Positions 38,941 to 47,803 of a DNA stretch of 64,000 nucleotides are shown here, one piece after another. The notes below the pieces were generated by a model. It was not told the DNA's origin, did no database searches, and saw only the letters and a program-made list of their open reading frames with translations. The stretch is from a virus (lineage: Duplodnaviria > Caudoviricetes): positions 1-64,000 of the IMG/VR virus record IMGVR_UViG_3300020048_000077; one strand, 5' to 3'. The position numbers were made by a program, and so were the translations under genes. The stretch's first letter is position 1. The number at the start of each line of letters is the position of its first letter.

Positions 38941-39417
38941 TTAGGAATTCAATAGTTCTTCAACCTTTTTCAATGCACTTATGAACCGACTTTCCTCATT
39001 CATGAATGGAAGAAGTTCTTCTTTGATAGCTGTTAATCGGTTGATTTCAGTTAGATGAGTGAGATAGACTATCCTTAATTCAAGGTCATGGACTATCGAT
39101 TGAATCTGAATGCCCTGTACATTCATAAGAAGCGGAACTTCTATGCCAGCATCTTTACAGAATTGCTTGTCGTAATGGAGCATATTCTTGTAGTGGGCCA
39201 GTACTCTTCGTAACCAACCGAGTTCAGAACATACACTGATGTTCACAGTGTTCTGAGATGCCTCAGGATTTGTTATAGATACTGATATATGATATTTCAT
39301 ATCTGCAACTCCAAGATCTTTGAGTCTTGCATCAATTTCATTGATCTTATTTTCCAGAGCAAGTTGTCTTCCTTTTTTACTTGAAAGACCTGAGCTTCTT
39401 TTTGCTAAAGCGGTCAT
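38941..39417 (-). CDS. Hypothetical protein
   Basis: 158-aa ORF. Confidence 0.7.
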   Translation of the reverse strand: MTALAKRSSGLSSKKGRQLALENKINEIDARLKDLGVADMKYHISVSITNPEASQNTVNISVCSELGWLRRVLAHYKNMLHYDKQFCKDAGIEVPLLMNVQGIQIQSIVHDLELRIVYLTHLTEINRLTAIKEELLPFMNEESRFISALKKVEELLNS

Positions 39418-39442
39418 TTTTCTACGTTTTTAATTGTTTGAT

Positions 39443-39517
39443 TGGTTGTGGCTGGGGGAATCGAACCACCGACCTCCTGCGTATAAGACAGGCGCTCTAC
39501 CACTGAGCTGTACCACA
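39443..39517 (-). tRNA. tRNA-Ile(TAT) with encoded CCA
   Basis: Anticodon arm CCTGT-CT-TAT-AC-GCAGG, D arm GCTC/GAGC, TTCGATT loop and 3' ACCA. Confidence 0.85.
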
Positions 39518-39564
39518 ATGGCGCCCACTCTCTTTCAATGTCCTTCGTGGAGAGTGGGCTGTTT

Positions 39565-39715
39565 GTTCACATGATATTCAAAAGTCTTAAGCTAACGCTT
39601 TAGATCTAATGCTCTAACCAGCTGAGCTACAGGGCTTTGTTTCTCTTTAAAGAAGCCCTGATGGGATTCGAACCCATGACCCTCAGATATTGAAGATACT
39701 TCTGATCACATGAAC
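39565..39715 (-). ncRNA. Circularly permuted tRNA mimic, YrlA/Y-RNA-like
   Basis: Order is T arm (39677-39661), loop-closed acceptor CAGGGCT/AGCCCTG, then D arm (39627-39611). The ends pair as GTTCATGTGAT/ATCATGTGAAC and CAGAAGT/ACTTTTG. Confidence 0.8.
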
Positions 39716-39812
39716 GGATGAACCTCAGTCTCAAGCTTTGACCCAACACTAATTCTAAGTTACCTCGAATATATGATGTTGATGCTAATGCTCAGGCTTT
39801 GGTCAATTTCTA

Positions 39813-40616
39813 CTATTTCCCGTTGAAGAGGTATCCGAAGATCCTCTGGGATGTCAATTCCGATTGATGCACTTCTACCTCATTGCACTGCTTCAGAGCA
39901 ATGACAACTGCTGTAAGCAACGTTGTACGTCTCTTCAACATGCCGGCACGTTCTCTTTGAGAAGCTTCTCCAGAGAACTCCTGTACAGTGTAGTCTCCCA
40001 CATCAAGGACAGTTGTTCTGTTGGCCACCTGAGGAACATATCCTTTGATGTCCTCCTTACCTGTGAGGTTTGGATCCTGAAGGATGTACTGCTCCTTCTC
40101 CGTGGTCTTGATCGTACCTTCCAGTATAGGAAGCTGATAGATTCCTGCTCTATCCTTGTACAGGTCTGAAGTGGCCTCACTCCATTGTTTCGAATCGCTT
40201 CTTACTGGAATGCTCTCAAGCATGATGGTAAGATCACTGTTCTCAATGATGCTCTTCAATCTGAGGAGTTCAAGAGAAGTGTATACTCCCCAATCTTCAC
40301 CCTCTACCACCAAAGAAGCAGTAGCTGTACCGGAGGCATTGGTCTTCTCCTGTGCGAACAGGGCATCAATGTACTCTCCTGCATTGTCAAGGAACCAGGC
40401 CAGCTTCTCACCTACAGTGGTCTGAACGATTATGGTTCCTCTCTTAGTGGGATCATCGGCCATGCCGTCCTTCACTGCAAATGTTTTCTGATACCCTTGA
40501 AAGGCACCTTGTTTTCCTGAGAAGAACTTCGCAAAGTCCTTCAACATGTTCTTGAACGGCACTGCAAGACTGTCAGTCTTTGCAAGTAGTACGTTGAGTT
40601 TCAATTCTTTAGACAT
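39813..40616 (-). CDS. Conserved hypothetical protein upstream of the Y-like RNA
   Basis: Resembles an uncharacterised KLN...VG-x-x-T-x-x-x-FSG family (DUF7873-like) that I recall beside Ro60/TROVE loci; not verified. Confidence 0.7.
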   Translation of the reverse strand: MSKELKLNVLLAKTDSLAVPFKNMLKDFAKFFSGKQGAFQGYQKTFAVKDGMADDPTKRGTIIVQTTVGEKLAWFLDNAGEYIDALFAQEKTNASGTATASLVVEGEDWGVYTSLELLRLKSIIENSDLTIMLESIPVRSDSKQWSEATSDLYKDRAGIYQLPILEGTIKTTEKEQYILQDPNLTGKEDIKGYVPQVANRTTVLDVGDYTVQEFSGEASQRERAGMLKRRTTLLTAVVIALKQCNEVEVHQSELTSQRIFGYLFNGK

Positions 40617-40646
40617 TTTAGTCTTGAGTTTTAAGGGTTAAGTGTT

Positions 40647-40685
40647 AAAAATGAAGGAAGGAGAGATCACTGTCTCCCCTTCCTT
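40647..40685 (-). terminator. Rho-independent terminator
   Basis: 13-bp stem with a 6-nt loop and a T tract on the minus strand. Confidence 0.7.
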
Positions 40686-40705
40686 TTAACATGATCTTGA
40701 TGACC

Positions 40706-41305
40706 TTACAGCGTAGCTGATTGTGTCTCATCAACAATGCCAGCACTTACAGGTGCAGCATCAGCGACAAGGATCACATGCTCCGGAGCAGCATCACCCT
40801 TCATGGCCACAACTTCAGTGTTGCTGAAGATGTACTGACCCTTGTGAGTGATGAAAGTTCCCTCAGAACCTCTTCGCTTTGCTGAAGATTCCAAGTTCTC
40901 CTTCTGATAGTCTGTAGGGACAACGGTCTCAGCGATCTTTACACGGAGTCTGTACTCTCCGAGCTTCTGATTCTTACGACCCAATGGAAGAACTTCTTTT
41001 CCAAGTTCCTTATCCATTTCCCAATCCGCATCATCACCACAGTTGATGTCCAATTGCTTGGCAACATCATTGATCTCTGCGGTCATCCATGCTCTTCGTG
41101 CCCCATTGCTGAAGCGAGCATCTGATGCGTTCAACAGGCCCAACAGGGCGCCTGAATTCCCTTCAATACTGGTCATTCTCTCAGCAAATTCAAGCTGAAC
41201 TTTTGACGAGTTTGTGGTTTTGATGGCTCTCACCAAGAGAGTTTCACCAGCTTGAAGTGAATCAAGCATCGCAGCTACTTCTGCGCTTTTCTTAGACTTT
41301 GACAT
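40706..41305 (-). CDS. Hypothetical protein
   Basis: 199 aa, native codon usage, followed by a terminator. Confidence 0.8.
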   Translation of the reverse strand: MSKSKKSAEVAAMLDSLQAGETLLVRAIKTTNSSKVQLEFAERMTSIEGNSGALLGLLNASDARFSNGARRAWMTAEINDVAKQLDINCGDDADWEMDKELGKEVLPLGRKNQKLGEYRLRVKIAETVVPTDYQKENLESSAKRRGSEGTFITHKGQYIFSNTEVVAMKGDAAPEHVILVADAAPVSAGIVDETQSATL

Positions 41306-41473
41306 GATTTGAATTGTTTACTATGATTAATTTGGAACAGTGTTAAAGGCCTGTCCCCTACCTTACAATTGTTTTCTCGACCTATACGACCAGATGCGCT
41401 TGAGTGATATTCTCTGTGGCAATCAATGGATTCCTTCGTGTCTTCTACATTATTGATTTCTTTACATTCTTTT

Positions 41474-42106
41474 CTACCTTAATAGGAGAAGCAGCTTCCT
41501 GTTCGGAACATCTTCAGCATTCGCAGGTACGCTTACACTTTGAGCCTGAACACTTGTACCAAGAGACATGAAATGTTCCAATTCAGGTACAGGCATGAGA
41601 TCTGAATCAATGTTAAGCCTCCGCAGAAAACTATGCACATCTTCAAGTGAATTTATAACTGCGTTTGAAAAACCGTGCTTAATACAGTCAGCTAATTCAG
41701 GAAAGATTGAAATTTCAGCGTATCTATCATCCCAATGCGATGAATCCACAACATCAACTTCTTCAGGAGCAACTGATTGAACAAAAACACTGTCAGTGCA
41801 TGAATCCCGTGCAAAAACAATGACCGGTACATCTGCAGCAAAAGCTTGAAGAATCTCTTCATGACATCCTTTGGCTATGTTGATACTGAATTTATCCATT
41901 ACAGCATCAACATTGGATCCTACGATAACCAGGTCACACGACCTGATCAGTTCATACATGGTAGATTGAGAATATATAGTCCCCCTTACATGCAGCTTCA
42001 CATCATGATCTGAAAGCTTCCCCGGAAGAGCTTTTACGAACTCTTCTATATGGGGAAGCATCTGAGAATCATTGACGTGGGCGGACCTTGAGTAATAGAT
42101 CCTCAT
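41474..42106 (-). CDS. Nucleoside 2'-deoxyribosyltransferase-like (NDT/TIR-like fold) protein
   Basis: IYYS...IRSCDLVIV...KGCHEEILQAF-x-x-x-VPVIVF pattern. Confidence 0.6.
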   Translation of the reverse strand: MRIYYSRSAHVNDSQMLPHIEEFVKALPGKLSDHDVKLHVRGTIYSQSTMYELIRSCDLVIVGSNVDAVMDKFSINIAKGCHEEILQAFAADVPVIVFARDSCTDSVFVQSVAPEEVDVVDSSHWDDRYAEISIFPELADCIKHGFSNAVINSLEDVHSFLRRLNIDSDLMPVPELEHFMSLGTSVQAQSVSVPANAEDVPNRKLLLLLR

Positions 42107-42110
42107 GGTC

Positions 42111-42452
42111 TTACTTTGAAGTGAACCACTCAGCCATCACTTCACGGGCAATGGTCAGTTCCTGATTCTTCAGAATCAGATTGACCTTCGTGTTGTGCAT
42201 TGTCTGTACGAACTCTGAAGGATTGAAGGATTTGGAGATCACATTCAACGTGGTTGAAACGTTGTCAGTGCTCACATCCGTCATCTCATCGAGTTTGTCT
42301 TCGAGTTTACGAACCTCACTTTCAAGCTTGTAGATCAGCATCTGCTGTTCTGCGGCAATACCATCACTGATACGCACTGCACGGTCTTCCTTGACCTTTC
42401 CATTCTCCCTTGCAAGCTTTGCTGCAAAGGCACTCTTTTGTTTTACTGCCAT
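42111..42452 (-). CDS. Hypothetical helical protein (paralog of 37716-38075)
   Basis: SAFAAKLARENGKVKEDRAVRI motif. Confidence 0.75.
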   Translation of the reverse strand: MAVKQKSAFAAKLARENGKVKEDRAVRISDGIAAEQQMLIYKLESEVRKLEDKLDEMTDVSTDNVSTTLNVISKSFNPSEFVQTMHNTKVNLILKNQELTIAREVMAEWFTSK

Positions 42453-42741
42453 GACATTTATTGTTAAAGATTTGATTGTTTACAAATGAAAGGAGCCTGA
42501 ACAATCTTTCGAATGCACAGGCTCCAGAAGGTCCGGTCTTTTGCCGATGTATGGGGATAGACTCAGGACGTATTAAATTCCACCATACATTTCTACTCTT
42601 TGGTCGGATCAGGCCTCTGTCCAACGGTAGCGGAAACTGAGTAGGAACCACCGTTAAGCACCCTTTCAGTGCTCGTGTAGACATAACGAGTATTGATATA
42701 CTCGGTTGCTATGAGATATTACAAAAAAAGATATTTGCCTC

Positions 42742-42987
42742 TTAATTCAACTTTATAATAGCATTTGTAATGGCTATCTGGGAAATACAAAGCTGTCTAA
42801 AGGCTATTGCAGGCATCTGTGGGAATAAGTACTCTTTAAACACTTTCTCATTGATGCTAAGTTCCTCCTTATGAAGAACTTCAGGTTTCAAACACATTTT
42901 TTTCAGAGTTTGCTTGTGCAACTCATTGAGTTTCACACCTCGTTTTATATTACTGATACACATCTCCGAACAGATTTTGAAAAACAA
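42742..42987 (-). CDS. Hypothetical protein
   Basis: 81-aa ORF. Confidence 0.5.
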   Translation of the reverse strand: MFFKICSEMCISNIKRGVKLNELHKQTLKKMCLKPEVLHKEELSINEKVFKEYLFPQMPAIAFRQLCISQIAITNAIIKLN

Positions 42988-43144
42988 TGTCCGGTGAATA
43001 GTGGTTCATGGCCATTTCATAAGCCAGTAGTACACCTTCATCTTCAGCATGATGTACAACATCTTCAATAATGTTCGAAGGTTGATCAAGCTTTCCGCAG
43101 ATGGATGCTGTAAGTAAGAGGTTGAGAATTATTAGTTTTTTCAT
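42950..43144 (-). CDS. Small secreted/lipoprotein-like protein
   Basis: MKKLIILNLLLTASIC signal-like N-terminus. Confidence 0.5.
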   Translation of the reverse strand: MKKLIILNLLLTASICGKLDQPSNIIEDVVHHAEDEGVLLAYEMAMNHYSPDIVFQNLFGDVYQ

Positions 43145-43178
43145 GATGTAGTGCTTTACAGAGATAAAAAATGCTTTA

Positions 43179-43406
43179 TTAATTGCGGTTGATTGCCTTT
43201 GCAATGATATTGACTGTAAGAAACAGTCCAATCCATGATAACAAGGTGAGTCCAAGTATATACCATATATCGCGGAATACGAATTTTACCGGTCTCCAGA
43301 ATATGGCGGCCAGTGTTACAGATATGAATGACAGAATCACTCCACATAAGTAGAGTGATCCTATCACCAGAACGATGGGATTACAGAGAATCTCCATTAT
43401 TACCAA
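43179..43406 (-). CDS. Small membrane protein
   Basis: Two hydrophobic helices. Confidence 0.6.
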   Translation of the reverse strand: MVIMEILCNPIVLVIGSLYLCGVILSFISVTLAAIFWRPVKFVFRDIWYILGLTLLSWIGLFLTVNIIAKAINRN

Positions 43407-43594
43407 CGTTTATGTGCCCCAGGCTTCGTCATGCCCTCTCCATCTTTGTAGCCTGATTCAGCCACATTGAGACGGAATATTGCTCTACGTGTAGAACGTG
43501 AGGCAATAGGTTGGAAATTACGTGCTTTCCTCTTAGCATATCTCTTGCTGTTAGGATCTTGCTTCTTAAGCTCTTTTGGTTCTTTGGTTTCCAT
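43400..43594 (-). CDS. Small basic protein
   Basis: 64 aa, K/R-rich. Confidence 0.55.
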   Translation of the reverse strand: METKEPKELKKQDPNSKRYAKRKARNFQPIASRSTRRAIFRLNVAESGYKDGEGMTKPGAHKRW

Positions 43595-43644
43595 GATGTT
43601 ATTGATTGAGTTTGATTGTTTTTTAAAGTTAATACCGCCTTTCT

Positions 43645-44289
43645 CTATTTTCCAAGCCTACGTATGAGGTCTTCCAATGGATTTTTCGATTTCTTAGAAA
43701 GCGCCCTCGAAGCTTGTATGGCTGACATGATCATACGAACATTAAACTCGCCTTTTCCTTGCAATAGGTCTTCAAGTTCTGTTCGAGATACATTATTCAA
43801 GGATGAACTGGCACCAATGACATCGTACTCAAGATCCAATGTAATGAACGGGTATTCTTCCCATCTATCAGGATTCATTCCTATCAAGTATCCATAGTGT
43901 CGGAAAAGATCAAAGATCTCGTCAAGTTCTTCACGGGATGCAATATGTACAGTGGTTCCAGGCATTAATTTGCTCTTTGAGAACCTCGATGCTTTGGCTT
44001 CTAATTCAGATAGATCCAAAGCGCTTACACCACAAAGCAGATCAATGAAGTCTGTAAATGGAATAGAAGCCGTGTTTTCTTTAAAACCTTCATTATAAGA
44101 AATCGATCGAAAGCTTTCACACTCTGCATCTAAGCATACAAATTCAGTTTCATCTCTGAAGAGAAATGCTGCCATGTTGAATTTGTAAGTGGGAAATTTC
44201 AGCTTCTTAAGATGAGATGCAAATTCATGCTTCTGCTCAGTGTTCATGATAGTGAACACTCCTGGGTACAATTGATTGAACTTTTTCAT
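43645..44289 (-). CDS. Hypothetical protein
   Basis: 214-aa ORF with two similar internal halves. Confidence 0.7.
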   Translation of the reverse strand: MKKFNQLYPGVFTIMNTEQKHEFASHLKKLKFPTYKFNMAAFLFRDETEFVCLDAECESFRSISYNEGFKENTASIPFTDFIDLLCGVSALDLSELEAKASRFSKSKLMPGTTVHIASREELDEIFDLFRHYGYLIGMNPDRWEEYPFITLDLEYDVIGASSSLNNVSRTELEDLLQGKGEFNVRMIMSAIQASRALSKKSKNPLEDLIRRLGK

Positions 44290-44756
44290 TGATGATCGTG
44301 GTTAGTTTAGGAATGTTAGTTTTGAATACCTTAATCAACAGCATGAGCTGGTCACATTTGGATTTGACTTCAGTGACTTAATGACCCAACCGGAAAGAAT
44401 GGCCCGCAATGCGTGCACCACTCGATCCGGAATTGCCTGCATTGGTTCAGCAGGTGTAGCTAATCCACGCTCAAGAGGTTTCCACACCTATGATGAACAT
44501 GATTTCTCGACTGACTACGGACATCTTCCTCTTTATTAGCATCAAGAGGAGATGGTTGTACTATTGAGGAATGTGCTGAGTTCTGCTCAGGTCACATTCC
44601 TTATACTCCGGTAACATGTACGACAGTATCACTGGACATGGTGGGAGGAGTGAGATATAGAGGGTGACAGGTACTTTCAACTGACCTTGATAAGCTGGTC
44701 AAATCTTATATTCTACTGCCCTTAGTTTGTTGCCTGGATCCTTGGCCCCTCTAATA

Positions 44757-45008
44757 TTAAAACCATTCAAGATTACTTGAGCGATGAATAACAAGGTAAT
44801 GTTGAGCTTCCTTCTCCACTGTAAGACTCATGGACAAGTTATTTGATTGAGGATCTCTACCCATTACAGTCATTGCAGGAACACATCTATGTTCCAGAAT
44901 GATATTGGTGCTTTCTTGAAACAATACCTCTGACTCTTCAGGTATGTTGTTATCATTTATGAAGTCAAGCACAGCCTTCACACTAAGTTTGTCCAAATAT
45001 TTCAACAT
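44757..45008 (-). CDS. Hypothetical protein
   Basis: Start moved to MLKYLDK. Confidence 0.55.
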   Translation of the reverse strand: MLKYLDKLSVKAVLDFINDNNIPEESEVLFQESTNIILEHRCVPAMTVMGRDPQSNNLSMSLTVEKEAQHYLVIHRSSNLEWF

Positions 45009-45450
45009 TGAAGAGTAATTAAAGTGAATGGTAAAAGAACCTGTGATCCGTAGACTCTCGCATTGCAAACCAATCTGACTTTCTGTTGGATTTCAGTGCA
45101 TTATGAAGTTTTCTGCATTGCAACATTTCCAAGTTGATGCTGTACTCCCAAGTCTTGCGTAGTCCCCAGGACCACAGATATGTGAAAAGTGCTTTATTCA
45201 TACATTGTGAGATGAAATCAAAGATTTCAAATAGAGAGGAAATTGGGTGTGATATGCCTACAACCCTCATAATCAATCACTTACGTCTCAAAATTGACCT
45301 CAAAAAGAGAGGAAATTGACTCAGTAAAATCAATTTCACACTCATTTGTGAACGTTGTTAAAGGCCGTATTTCACAACAGATCGATGAGAGGTGCGGAAT
45401 ACAGGCAGTATCAACTGGTTCGTATTGATTGTTACACACACAAGAAGTAG

Positions 45451-45480
45451 AAAAAAGGGGAGAAAACTATCTCCCCTTTT
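45451..45480. terminator. Bidirectional terminator-like hairpin
   Basis: AAAAAGGGGAGA-AAACTA-TCTCCCCTTTT directly after the 45482 stop. Confidence 0.75.
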
Positions 45481-45481
45481 G

Positions 45482-45739
45482 TTACCTGCGATTCCAAGGT
45501 GATACGGAGTACCAGTCCTTGGAATAAAGAAGCAACAACTCCTTAGTGTTGTTGTTTTCGGGCATTGGCTCACCCGAGACAAGACCGAACCCCGTAGGGG
45601 CCTTGGCCTTAGCTATGCTATGTGCCATTGGTAGGACAATCTCCAAGGTTATGCCTGGGAGAGTGGACGGTTTGCTTAAGGTAAGGTATTCCTTACCTGA
45701 AGCTGATGTGTTAAGTTGAACAAGAATGTTTTTTTCCAT
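45482..45739 (-). CDS. First leftward gene, hypothetical protein
   Basis: 85 aa with an A-rich leader, followed by a terminator. Confidence 0.7.
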   Translation of the reverse strand: MEKNILVQLNTSASGKEYLTLSKPSTLPGITLEIVLPMAHSIAKAKAPTGFGLVSGEPMPENNNTKELLLLYSKDWYSVSPWNRR

Positions 45740-45779
45740 GATTTGTGAGATTTTAAATGATTTATAATTGTTTGACGGG

Positions 45780-46000
45780 GACGTTCAAAAACCCCAATTA
45801 TGCACCGTGGTGTTCTTGAGTAGGTAAGAGTGCGCGCGAATTTTTTTTGAATTTGATATGGGCAGTATACAACAATGCGTAGGTAAGAATATGCACGACC
45901 TCAAAATTTTTTTTCAGGGGGGTAGCCGGTAACCACACGCGTCTCTGAAAAAATTTTTTGGGAGTTCTTTGAAGAGCCCGGTCAAAAAATTTTTTTAGTA
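45780..46000. other. A/T-tract-rich divergence region (candidate origin, packaging site or genome end)
   Basis: Four A(n)T(n) tracts near 45838, 45903, 45948 and 45984, plus GGGGGGTAGCCGG, at the strand switch. Confidence 0.45.
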
Positions 46001-46433
46001 GGTTATCAACAGGTCTAACAGAGTGTATCAAGTACAAGATCAAGAAGTCCTGTTCATAACCTGGTAAAAGCCATCATGCTGCATATTGAATTCCTTTACA
46101 TACATTTGCCCCGTTCCTTTATCACCCACGAGGAGTCCAAAGATGCGGTAGTGGGTCAAACCGGATTGTAAGTTGCAAGCATATTAAAATAGCAGCGGAG
46201 TGTACTGGTTGGAACGAAAGAGTGAGTATAAAGCGCGAGTTGGGTGGAAGCAACATGCAACACAGAGGTAAGTGTAAGGGGAACTGACCCCATTTGTCCA
46301 TCCTTGACCAAGAGCACTGCTCGATGCTGAAGTCTCACTTGAAAGCATGAAAATGCAACGGTGAAGAAATTCGAAGAGGATTTCGCCAAGGGATTTTTTA
46401 TGTAGTTTTACCAACATAAGCAAAAAGAATCAC

Positions 46434-46724
46434 ATGACCACATCAGAACAACTTCTAAAGGTACTCACGGAGAATCTGGCTGCTGCCAGAGGACTTGGAG
46501 GAAGTAAGATCATAACAGGAGGAGCAACACCTGGATCAGCCACAGGAAGGATCATAGCCATTGAATCCATTGGTTCCACATACGAACTTGGAACTGTTAC
46601 AGGAAACTGCGAGAATCTATCAGGAAGAACATTCGATGCACCGTTTATTGTACTTGGGCAGTTCAGTCTTGTAACGGCCGGTCCGAACGCTACGGATATA
46701 TTCATAGTTTACTACGCTGTCTGA
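46434..46724 (+). CDS. Small structural-type protein
   Basis: 96 aa, beta-rich, first rightward gene. Confidence 0.7.
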   Translation: MTTSEQLLKVLTENLAAARGLGGSKIITGGATPGSATGRIIAIESIGSTYELGTVTGNCENLSGRTFDAPFIVLGQFSLVTAGPNATDIFIVYYAV

Positions 46725-47803
46725 TGCTGTTCATAGGAGGAAAGAGCGCAGGATCTGCAGGAGGTACCGCACCATCCGTAGCGGTGGGGGTAAGTGATTC
46801 CACACCGAACTTCGGTGATGCTGTTACTATTACTGCAACACCCAGTAATATAACTCCAACGAGTTACACTTTCCAATTGCCCAACAGGAATGGTGATCTT
46901 GTTAATGTCACACAAGCTTCAAACATATATGTTTGGACAGTAACCAACATCGGTACGGATACAGTTATTGTTACAGCTACCAACGGTGTGAGTAGTGTAT
47001 ACACTTCCATCTCAATAACGACCACCGTTGAAGCTCCATTAACATCTGCTAAGGCGGTATTCGACACATTTAAGACGGTGACCGCCTACGCGGGGCAATG
47101 CTTCAATGTTAGACGAACAGACACCTCGGCAAGTTCGGATATTGCATTTACTGCAGGGAAGTTCGATGAAGCAGCTTTCGATACTTTCAGAGGTATATCA
47201 GCGGCAACAGTGGCAACGATGTATAATCAGGTAAGCAATGGTGATCTTGTCCAAGCAACGGCAGGGGCGCAGCCACCACTATGCGTGAACGGGGATAGCG
47301 TTTATTTGCAAGGTTTCACCAATGCGCTCTACCGCCTTGCAATGACATTTGTTTCGGGCCTGGCACTTAACGAAACGGCTACCGAGTACTTTGTCATCAA
47401 AGTAATATCAAATGTCACGAGCAGTGCCGTTATCGCTAACGATCTGGTGGCTGGCCGAAACATTGGACTGGGGTTCTATTTGACGAACGGAGCATATATT
47501 TCGGACGGAGTGAACGCGGTGAGGACAGGGCAGAATGACTACTCAAAGAAGATGCTGCTCACGCTTCAGTTTAAAAATGCCACACCCGTTGTGGCAATCA
47601 ACGGAGTGGTGCAAGGGTTGACTGACACGGCTGGATCTACTGCCGCCTTCACAGCCCGCGCAATGACTACCCGCTATCTTATGGGCAATCTTGCTGGGGC
47701 GTTTCAAGTCAATAATAACGAGATCTACGCTTACTACATGGATGCTGCCGACAGAAGCACAAGCCTTGAAACATTCTTAATGAAACTACATGGCATCAGT
47801 TAA
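46724..47803 (+). CDS. Putative receptor-binding/fibre protein (Ig/PKD-like plus ConA-like lectin domain)
   Basis: Thr-rich Ig-like N-terminus; Y-x-G-x-x-F-x-VRR...DIAF...MYNQ...Q-x-T-x-x-x-QP motif. Confidence 0.7.
   Translation: MLFIGGKSAGSAGGTAPSVAVGVSDSTPNFGDAVTITATPSNITPTSYTFQLPNRNGDLVNVTQASNIYVWTVTNIGTDTVIVTATNGVSSVYTSISITTTVEAPLTSAKAVFDTFKTVTAYAGQCFNVRRTDTSASSDIAFTAGKFDEAAFDTFRGISAATVATMYNQVSNGDLVQATAGAQPPLCVNGDSVYLQGFTNALYRLAMTFVSGLALNETATEYFVIKVISNVTSSAVIANDLVAGRNIGLGFYLTNGAYISDGVNAVRTGQNDYSKKMLLTLQFKNATPVVAINGVVQGLTDTAGSTAAFTARAMTTRYLMGNLAGAFQVNNNEIYAYYMDAADRSTSLETFLMKLHGIS

Noticed and set aside
39565-39715. Functional permuted tRNA gene of the red-algal type
   Set aside because: No anticodon loop can be reconstituted, because the anticodon stem extends into a terminal duplex.
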